From Clostridia bacterium (GTDB lineage Bacteria; Bacillota; Clostridia; UMGS1883): a stretch of 64,000 nt of DNA. Within the stretch, counting starts at the first letter, position 1; every line of letters starts with the position of its first letter. The notes under the pieces were generated by a model. The model saw only the letters and a program-made list of their open reading frames with translations. It was not told the DNA's origin and made no database searches. The position numbers were made by a program, and so were the translations under genes. Shown here in pieces: positions 57,194 through 64,000 of the stretch. The stretch lies in contig JAZRFC010000081.1 of assembly GCA_045661145.1 (NCBI GenBank), positions 7,338 to 71,337 on the forward strand, in the 5' to 3' direction.

Positions 57194-57959
57194 TTACCAT
57201 ACACATACATCCTTTTGCGGCCATGCAACGGGCGAAATAGCAGAATATATACAGTGTGCCATAGAAAGCGGAATTATCCATATGGGATTTTCCGACCACG
57301 CCCCTTACTTCTTTGCCGATGACAAGGCAACAGGACAAAGAATGACGTGCGCCGAGGCAAGGGAGTACGTTGCCTCAATCCGCAGATTAGGAGAGCTTTA
57401 TAAGAATAAGATAGATATAAAAAGCGGTTTTGAAATGGAATACTATCCTGACAAATTCCACGATATGCTGGCCTTTGTAAAAAGCATAGGGGCGGAGTAT
57501 CTTATTCTCGGTCAGCATTATATGAAAGGAATTTTTACGGGCGGCTATCATGTAATAAACGGTAAAGCTACTGATGAAGACCTCATGAACTATGTTAAGG
57601 AGATTATATCAGCTATGGAAAGCGGTGTTTTCACTTATGTGGCACATCCCGATATGATAAACTATCTTGGCGATAAATTGCTTTACGAAAGAGAAATGCG
57701 AAAGCTCTGCATAGCATCGAAAAGGACAAATACTCCCCTTGAAATTAATTGTCAGGGGATACGGGAGGACAGAATTTATCCTGCCGAGAGATTCTGGAAA
57801 ATTGCAGGTGAGGTGGGTTGTCCCGTTACAATAGGACTCGATGCCCACAGTGCCGATGCCGCAGGTGACAGGGAATCGGAGAAAAAAGCACAGAAGCTTA
57901 TTAATAAATACAACCTTAATTATATAGGAAAACCCAATTTAGTATTAATACAGGAATAA
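57183..57959 (+). CDS. PHP-family (HisJ-like) histidinol-phosphatase/phosphoesterase
   Basis: NYHTHTSFCGHA N-terminal metal-binding motif, GFSDHAPY, later HPD. GTG start overlaps the upstream gene. Confidence 0.75.
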   Translation: MNYNYHTHTSFCGHATGEIAEYIQCAIESGIIHMGFSDHAPYFFADDKATGQRMTCAEAREYVASIRRLGELYKNKIDIKSGFEMEYYPDKFHDMLAFVKSIGAEYLILGQHYMKGIFTGGYHVINGKATDEDLMNYVKEIISAMESGVFTYVAHPDMINYLGDKLLYEREMRKLCIASKRTNTPLEINCQGIREDRIYPAERFWKIAGEVGCPVTIGLDAHSADAAGDRESEKKAQKLINKYNLNYIGKPNLVLIQE

Positions 57960-58045
57960 AATGCAAAATTATGTTTTAATGTTGAAATATTTGTGAAATT
58001 CTGTTATAATAAGCAAAGTGTTTGAATATTAGGAGGGATAAAAAG

Positions 58046-58912
58046 ATGAGAAGATGGGGAGACAGGTATGATGCCTACCGTATACGTAATATAGACGGTG
58101 TCCATCATTATATGGCATATCTTATGCCTAAAAGGACCGATGCGGAGGTTTATATCAACGAAAAAATAGATGTTACGGAGCTTCTTTCTTATATAAAAGA
58201 GAAAAATTTGTCAGGGGAGAGAAAGGTAACAATTTTCCATTGTGTAATTGCTGCCGTTGCACGAACAGTCAAGATGCGCCCCCTTTTAAACCGATATATT
58301 TCAGGAAAGCGTTATTATATGCGCCACGATATTTCCCTTGGTTTTACAATCAAGAAAAAGTTTGAGGACCATGCGGAGGAATCCTTGATGATATACAAGC
58401 CCAAGGATGATGAAAACCTCTGCACAATAACCGACAGACTTACGCCCCACGTGAAAGAGGCAAAAAAAGAAAACAGCGGAAGGAGTGTTGATAATATCCT
58501 GAATATTGTCAAGAAATTCCCTAAGTGGTTTATGAATCTTTTTATGTGGTTTATGAATTTTGCCGATTCTCACGGCTTTATGCCTAAGGCATTCAGCAGT
58601 GTAGATATAAATTACTGCAGCGTGCTTCTTTCAAATCTCGGAAGCATCAAATGTGATGCAGTATATCACCATCTTAACAACTTCGGAACAAACGGTGTTG
58701 TTATCACAATCGGTGAGGTACACAAGGAAAACGTCATTGACGAAAACGGAGTTTCTCAGGTGCGTGACGTTATGAGTATAGGTGTTACTCTGGATGAGAG
58801 AATTGCGGACGGATTTTATTTTGCACGCAGCCTCAAACTTATAAAGCATCTGTTTAAAAACCCGCAGCTGCTCGACAAAACATTAGGGGAGGAAATTGAC
58901 TTTGAATTCTGA
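58046..58912 (+). CDS. 2-oxoacid dehydrogenase E2 / CAT-fold acyltransferase-like protein
   Basis: About 288 aa. The C-terminal motif LDERIADGFYF aligns with the E2 DHRxxDG catalytic motif, but with Glu in place of His. Confidence 0.6.
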   Translation: MRRWGDRYDAYRIRNIDGVHHYMAYLMPKRTDAEVYINEKIDVTELLSYIKEKNLSGERKVTIFHCVIAAVARTVKMRPLLNRYISGKRYYMRHDISLGFTIKKKFEDHAEESLMIYKPKDDENLCTITDRLTPHVKEAKKENSGRSVDNILNIVKKFPKWFMNLFMWFMNFADSHGFMPKAFSSVDINYCSVLLSNLGSIKCDAVYHHLNNFGTNGVVITIGEVHKENVIDENGVSQVRDVMSIGVTLDERIADGFYFARSLKLIKHLFKNPQLLDKTLGEEIDFEF

Positions 58913-60602
58913 AGCAAAATGGTTGAAATTTTACGGAACTACTCCGCATACATTGGACTATCCCGATATATCTCTTTATAAAATGGTTGAAAATACAGGA
59001 GAAAAATATCCTGAATATACAGCTTACGACTTTATGGGTAAAAGCTCTACATACCGCGAGTTTATTAAGGATGTAGACACTTGTGCAAAAGCACTGAGGC
59101 AGGAGGGAATCAAAAAGGGTGATGCAGTAACAATATGTCTCCCCAATGTTCCTCAGGCAGTAATTATGTTTTATGCAGTCAACAAAATCGGTGCAATTGC
59201 AAGTATGGTGCATCCGCTTTCTGCTGAAAACGAAATTATGTTTTACATAAATGAGAGTAAGAGCCGCATAGCAATAACTCTCAGCCGCTTTTACAATAAG
59301 TTTGAAGCTATAAAGGGCAGAACACAGCTTGAAAAAGTAATAGTTGCAAAAATAGGGGAGGCACTTCCCACAGTAAAGGGATTTTTGTATAAATTTGTAG
59401 GTCATGAGCCAAAGGTAGAGGAATCTTCGTGGACAATTTCGTGGCAGCAGTTTATGGAAAATGCCAAAAACTGTACACAGGATATTATCGATGAGGGAAA
59501 GGGCGATGATTCAGCGGCAATTCTTTTCAGCGGCGGAACAACGGGTACTTCAAAGGGAATACTTCTTACAAACCTTAATTTCAATGCTCTTGCAATGCAG
59601 ACTGTGGCTATGGCGCAGTGCCTTGAACCAGGCGATGTAATGCTTTCCATAATGCCTGTGTTTCACGGCTTTGGTCTGGGCGTAGGCATACATACAATGC
59701 TCTCTGCAGGTGCAAAATGTGTACTCACTCCGCAGATTAATCCCAAGGAATTCCCCTCTTTGTTCAAGAAACAGAAGCCTAACTATATGGCAGGCGTTCC
59801 TACCTTGTTTGAGGCAATCCTCCGCAACAAGGAAATGGACGGGGTTGACCTCTCTTTTATGAAAGGACTTTTCAGTGGCGGAGATTCACTGTCAATTGAA
59901 CTTAAGAAAAAAATGGATAAGTTTCTCAAAGAACACGGTGCAACAATTCAGGTACAGGAGGGTTACGGCACAACCGAATGTGTAACAGCAAGCTGTCTTA
60001 CTCCTAATGGACATTACAGAGAGGGTAGTATTGGTATTCCTTTCCCAGATACGTTCTACAAGATTGTAACCCCCGAAACCAACGAGGAAGTAGCACCCAA
60101 TCAGATGGGTGAAATCTGTATAACAGGTCCCACCCTGATGAAAGAATACATAAATAACCCCAAGGAAACCTATCAGACTCTCCGTGTGCATGAGGATGGA
60201 AAAACATATCTCCATACAGGTGACCTTGGCTATATGGACGAAGACGGCTTTGTTTACTTTGTTCAGCGTCTTAAGAGAATGATTATAACAAGCGGATACA
60301 ACGTATACCCCTCTCAGGTTGAGAATGTTATTGATGCTCACGAGGCGGTGCTTTTCAGCACGGTTATCGGTGTCAAGGATGACTATAAAATGCAGAGGGT
60401 AAAGGCATTTATTGTATTGAAACCCGGCTTTGCTCCTTCAGACGAAATAAGGGAGTCCATAAAAGCACATTGTGCAAAAAGTATTGCAAAATATGCTCTC
60501 CCCTCGGAATATGAATTCCGTGATAATCTTCCCAAAACGCTGGTAGGTAAGGTTGCTTACCGCGAGCTTGAAAAGGAAGAAGAAGCAAAAGCAACTGTAT
60601 AA
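58896..60602 (+). CDS. AMP-dependent synthetase/ligase (acyl-CoA synthetase family)
   Basis: 568 aa. LFSGGTTGTSKG, GYGTTE, TGDLGYMDEDGF motifs. TTG start overlaps the upstream gene by 17 nt. Confidence 0.85.
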   Translation: MTLNSEAKWLKFYGTTPHTLDYPDISLYKMVENTGEKYPEYTAYDFMGKSSTYREFIKDVDTCAKALRQEGIKKGDAVTICLPNVPQAVIMFYAVNKIGAIASMVHPLSAENEIMFYINESKSRIAITLSRFYNKFEAIKGRTQLEKVIVAKIGEALPTVKGFLYKFVGHEPKVEESSWTISWQQFMENAKNCTQDIIDEGKGDDSAAILFSGGTTGTSKGILLTNLNFNALAMQTVAMAQCLEPGDVMLSIMPVFHGFGLGVGIHTMLSAGAKCVLTPQINPKEFPSLFKKQKPNYMAGVPTLFEAILRNKEMDGVDLSFMKGLFSGGDSLSIELKKKMDKFLKEHGATIQVQEGYGTTECVTASCLTPNGHYREGSIGIPFPDTFYKIVTPETNEEVAPNQMGEICITGPTLMKEYINNPKETYQTLRVHEDGKTYLHTGDLGYMDEDGFVYFVQRLKRMIITSGYNVYPSQVENVIDAHEAVLFSTVIGVKDDYKMQRVKAFIVLKPGFAPSDEIRESIKAHCAKSIAKYALPSEYEFRDNLPKTLVGKVAYRELEKEEEAKATV

Positions 60603-60606
60603 CGTT

Positions 60607-60634
60607 AAAAGGAGTCTGTAAAGGCTCCTTTTTT
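60607..60634 (+). terminator. intrinsic terminator
   Basis: AAAAGGAGTCTGTAAAGGCTCCTTTTTT. Confidence 0.75.
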
Positions 60635-60707
60635 GGTTGACAAATGCCAATAAATGGGGTAGAATATAGGATAATGGAAAAATATTATTTTTTAGGGAGG
60701 CACCACT

Positions 60708-62099
60708 ATGAGAAATCAGGACAAAACAATGGATAAGATTGTTGCGCTTTGCAAAGGACGTGGATATGTCTATGCAGGAAGTGAAATTTACGGCGGTCTT
60801 TCCAATACATGGGACTACGGTCCTCTTGGTGTAGAATATAAGAACAATGTTAAAAAAGCTTGGTGGAAGAAATTCGTTACAGAAAGCCCCTACAACGTAG
60901 GTCTTGACTGTGCGATTCTTATGAATCCTCAGGTATGGGTAGCCAGCGGTCACGTTGGCGGTTTCTCTGACCCCCTTATGGATTGTAAGGAGTGTAAGGC
61001 AAGACACCGTGCAGATAAGCTTATCGAGGATTTCTGCCACGAAAAAGGTGAGGACATCGTAGTTGACGGCTGGAGCAACGAAGAAATGCTCAAGTACATT
61101 GACGAAAACGGTATTAACTGCCCTGATTGCGGTAAGCACAACTTTACAGATATCCGTAAGTTCAACCTTATGTTTAAAACATTCCAGGGCGTTACCGAGG
61201 ATGCAAAGGCTGAAATCTACCTTCGTCCCGAAACAGCTCAGGGTATTTTCGTAAACTTCAAGAATGTTGCACGTACTAGCCGTAAGAAGGTTCCTTTCGG
61301 CATAGCTCAGGTTGGTAAGTCTTTCAGAAATGAAATTACCCCCGGTAACTTCATCTTCAGAACAAGAGAGTTCGAGCAGATGGAGCTTGAATTCTTCTGC
61401 AAGCCCGGCACAGACCTTGAATGGTTCAAGTATTGGAAGGATTACTGCAGAGATTTCCTTCTTACCCTCGGTATGAAAGAGGAAAACATTCGTCTTCGTG
61501 ACCACAGTCCTGAAGAACTCAGCCACTATTCCAATGCTACAACCGACATCGAGTTTATGTTCCCCTTCGGTTGGGGCGAGCTTTGGGGTATCGCTGACAG
61601 AACAGATTTCGACCTTACTCAGCACCAGAATCACAGCGGTGAAAGTATGGAATATATTGACCAGATTACAAATGAGCGTTATGTTCCCTATGTTGTTGAG
61701 CCCTCTCTCGGTGCAGACCGCGTAGCTCTTGCATTCCTTTGCGAAGCATATGACGAGGAAGAAGTAGGAGAGGGCGATGTTCGTACAGTTCTTCGTCTTC
61801 ATCCTGCACTTGCACCTGTTAAGGCTGCAGTTCTTCCCCTTTCCAAGAAGCTTGGAGAAAAGGCTGACGAAGTATATCAGAAGCTTATTAAGAAGTATAA
61901 CTGTGAATATGATGATGCAGGCTCAATCGGTAAGCGTTACCGCCGTCAGGACGAAATCGGTACTCCCGTATGTATCACAATCGAGTTTGATACACTTGAG
62001 GATGAATCCGTTACAGTTCGTGACCGTGACACTATGGAGCAGAAGAGAATCAAGATTGAAGAGCTTGACAGTTACATGGCAAATCTTCTTGAGTGGTAA
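60708..62099 (+). CDS. glyQS: glycine--tRNA ligase (alpha2 dimeric type)
   Basis: 463 aa. [18 protein letters not shown], class II motifs, C-terminal anticodon-binding domain. No T-box in the 100-nt upstream region. Confidence 0.93.
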   Translation: MRNQDKTMDKIVALCKGRGYVYAGSEIYGGLSNTWDYGPLGVEYKNNVKKAWWKKFVTESPYNVGLDCAILMNPQVWVASGHVGGFSDPLMDCKECKARHRADKLIEDFCHEKGEDIVVDGWSNEEMLKYIDENGINCPDCGKHNFTDIRKFNLMFKTFQGVTEDAKAEIYLRPETAQGIFVNFKNVARTSRKKVPFGIAQVGKSFRNEITPGNFIFRTREFEQMELEFFCKPGTDLEWFKYWKDYCRDFLLTLGMKEENIRLRDHSPEELSHYSNATTDIEFMFPFGWGELWGIADRTDFDLTQHQNHSGESMEYIDQITNERYVPYVVEPSLGADRVALAFLCEAYDEEEVGEGDVRTVLRLHPALAPVKAAVLPLSKKLGEKADEVYQKLIKKYNCEYDDAGSIGKRYRRQDEIGTPVCITIEFDTLEDESVTVRDRDTMEQKRIKIEELDSYMANLLEW

Positions 62100-62105
62100 C
62101 AGAAT

Positions 62106-63296
62106 ATGAATAATCCGCGTGAAATTATAAGAGACAGATTTATAAAACCCTTTGCAGGAAAAAAATCAGGCAATGTGGGCGTCGAGTTGGAATTTCCGCT
62201 GATAAACAATAATGGAGGCGACGTAGACACAAAGTTTGTCGCCTCCATTATGGATTTTATTGAGGGAAAAGGATTTTCCTGTGTGCTCTATGGGGTAAAC
62301 GGAGAAAAGCTCTTTATGGAAAACGAAAAAGGCGATTGCCTCAGTTTTGACAACTCCTACAACAATTTTGAGTTTTCAATGATGTACGGTGACAATCTTC
62401 TGGATATAAAATCCCGTTTTGACTCCTATTATGATATGGTGCAGGAATACCTTGCACGAGAAAACCATTCCCTTGCAGACCGTGGGACAAACCCCAACTA
62501 TCATAGAATCAGCGTAAATCATACTCCATTTGCAACCTACAATATGGTGCAGGAGTATCTCCACAAATTCCCCGGTAAACACAGCTACAACGATTTTCCT
62601 GCATTTATGTCCTCGGTGCAGACACACCTTGACATCGGGCTGGAGGAAATCCCCCGTGCATATACCCTCTTTTGCAAGCTGGACTTTGTGCGTGGACTTC
62701 TTTTCGGTAATTCCCCCGATTTTGAGGGGAAAGGTTGGCGGATATTCCGTGACTATCTGTGGGAGCAAAGCGGCTTCAGTAACTCCCCCGAAACAACGGG
62801 AAGTGTTGACCGTAATTTTAAAACAACCGACGATATTATAGATTTCTATCTTGAAAAAGGTATGTTTAACCGCATCCGAAACGGAGAGTATGAGGTTTTC
62901 AGCCCCGTACCTATCAAAGAATATTTTCTGAAAGATGATGCCGTGAAAGAAGATATTGAATGCTATCTTTCTTTCCGCAATGTGGAGCTTACCTCTCGCG
63001 GTACGTTGGAGGTCAGGAGCGACTGCATACAGAAAAAGGGCAGATTCTTTATGCCCCCTGCCTTTAACTTGGGTATACTTTACAATATGGGAAAGGCGGA
63101 GAGTACGCTTGACACTTTCTTCAAAAACTGCAGCATTAATAAGCCAAACTCCGAGCTTAGGAAACTTGTGAATGAGTGCAGGGAAGAGGAAATTGCCCCA
63201 AAGTTTATTCTTGATGAGCTTTGTGCCGAATTTCTCAATATTGCACGTGAGGGACTTATTTCCCGTGGCAATGGTGAAGAAGAACTATTAAAATGA
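62106..63296 (+). CDS. glutamate--cysteine ligase-like / carboxylate-amine ligase family protein
   Basis: 396 aa. N-terminal GVELEFPL motif typical of the GCS2 / gamma-glutamylcysteine synthetase fold. The family call is from memory only. Confidence 0.5.
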   Translation: MNNPREIIRDRFIKPFAGKKSGNVGVELEFPLINNNGGDVDTKFVASIMDFIEGKGFSCVLYGVNGEKLFMENEKGDCLSFDNSYNNFEFSMMYGDNLLDIKSRFDSYYDMVQEYLARENHSLADRGTNPNYHRISVNHTPFATYNMVQEYLHKFPGKHSYNDFPAFMSSVQTHLDIGLEEIPRAYTLFCKLDFVRGLLFGNSPDFEGKGWRIFRDYLWEQSGFSNSPETTGSVDRNFKTTDDIIDFYLEKGMFNRIRNGEYEVFSPVPIKEYFLKDDAVKEDIECYLSFRNVELTSRGTLEVRSDCIQKKGRFFMPPAFNLGILYNMGKAESTLDTFFKNCSINKPNSELRKLVNECREEEIAPKFILDELCAEFLNIAREGLISRGNGEEELLK

Positions 63297-63329
63297 AAAA
63301 TACGGTGTGAAAATTCACACCGTATTTTT
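63296..63329. terminator. bidirectional terminator between convergent genes
   Basis: AAAAATACGGTGTGAAAATTCACACCGTATTTTT. Confidence 0.75.
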
Positions 63330-63333
63330 GTGT

Positions 63334-63993
63334 TTATATATCCTTTGCAAGATAAGTAATAGCTGTTTTTACCGATTCCTTTTCCTCTGTGGTAAGTTCT
63401 TTTCCTGCATTGCGATAGTCAAATGACAGGGTGAAATTATGTAAATTTTGATACAACACATCAAGCTGTCTTTTTTGATTTTCCGAAAGCATCAGAAGAA
63501 ATTCCTCTTTTTTCTTTCCGTGAATTTCCCCATTGCATTTTTGTGCTGCAAGAGCAGTATGCTCCAGACAAAGCCCCTTTGAATTTTCAAACATTTTGCG
63601 AAAATCAGCTTCACTTGCCCACAGGTGAGAAAAATTTTCTGCTGCATCGGACATTTGTGAATCAAGCTTTTCACAAAGGGCGCAACTGGTGGCTTTCCTA
63701 TATAAATTCCTGCTGAAAATATCCCCGGGAGCTTCCTTGGAAAACATACCAGATTTTTTAGGTATCTCCATACTTTTCTCCAGCTCTTTTATATGAGTTT
63801 CAAGCATAAGCGCAAGACTCAGCCTGTTTTTTCTGTCAAAAAGCATCTTTATATGATTTTTGCAAAAGCCCTTTTCATTAGTCATTTCACGGCTGTCAGG
63901 CTCCATCATCGATGGTCCTAAAAAATATTCCACTGCCTGCTCCTGAAGTTTCTTTTCAAGTGTGCAAAGCGGACAGCCTGAGTTTTCCTCCAA
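63334..63993 (-). CDS. hypothetical protein with two CxxC pairs (DUF6062-like)
   Basis: 219 aa. CPLC near the N-terminus and CALC mid-protein. The start lies close to the window edge. Confidence 0.5.
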   Translation of the reverse strand: MEENSGCPLCTLEKKLQEQAVEYFLGPSMMEPDSREMTNEKGFCKNHIKMLFDRKNRLSLALMLETHIKELEKSMEIPKKSGMFSKEAPGDIFSRNLYRKATSCALCEKLDSQMSDAAENFSHLWASEADFRKMFENSKGLCLEHTALAAQKCNGEIHGKKKEEFLLMLSENQKRQLDVLYQNLHNFTLSFDYRNAGKELTTEEKESVKTAITYLAKDI

Positions 63994-64000
63994 CGCCTCT

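Noticed and set aside
60603-60707. T-box leader upstream of glyQS.
   Set aside because: Only about 100 nt are available, occupied by a terminator and a TTGACA-17-TAGAAT promoter. There is no T-box sequence and no specifier structure.

Overview
This 64 kb window looks like a low-GC Firmicutes (Clostridia-like) chromosome; that call rests on gene order and protein motifs only, because no database search was possible.

Positions 1-39.0 kb and 56.5-64 kb are ordinary housekeeping DNA:
- The minus-strand block yicC-remA-gmk-rpoZ-priA-def-fmt-peptidase-rsmB, followed by tRNA-Arg.
- metY-metA, a CNNM transporter, yihY, carD and ispDF.
- An HtrA protease and a very highly codon-biased SLH S-layer gene.
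- A Thr T-box leader with thrS, and a CIRCE-controlled hrcA-grpE-dnaK-dnaJ-prmA-rsmE operon.
- An aminotransferase with an Lrp regulator, mtaB, gltX and capA.
- On the right side, a tRNA Asp-Thr-Lys operon, a PHP phosphatase, an acyltransferase with an acyl-CoA ligase, glyQS and a glutamate-cysteine-ligase-like gene.

The accessory part is 39.07-56.2 kb, a compact co-oriented phage-derived cluster. It contains:
- A CI-like XRE/S24 repressor with divergent consensus promoters and three TTACGTAA operators.
- Three tiny Cys-rich or coiled-coil genes, then TerL, portal, scaffold and an HK97-type major capsid protein.
- Two collagen-repeat fibre proteins and a beta-propeller-like, nozzle-sized protein.
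- A holin and an amidase.

I can see no integrase, no replication module, no tail tube, sheath or tape-measure gene, and no att repeat at the left end.

The cluster is interrupted by a complete nfnA-nfnB operon (NADH-dependent ferredoxin:NADP oxidoreductase) that has its own consensus promoter.

My main hypothesis is a domesticated PBSX- or GTA-like short-tailed particle locus carrying, or built around, a core redox operon.

Both tRNA loci carry odd 3'-end duplications: a 22-nt direct repeat at tRNA-Arg, and at tRNA-Lys a 28-bp perfect palindrome plus an 11-nt repeat. No CRISPR array, transposase or rRNA was seen.
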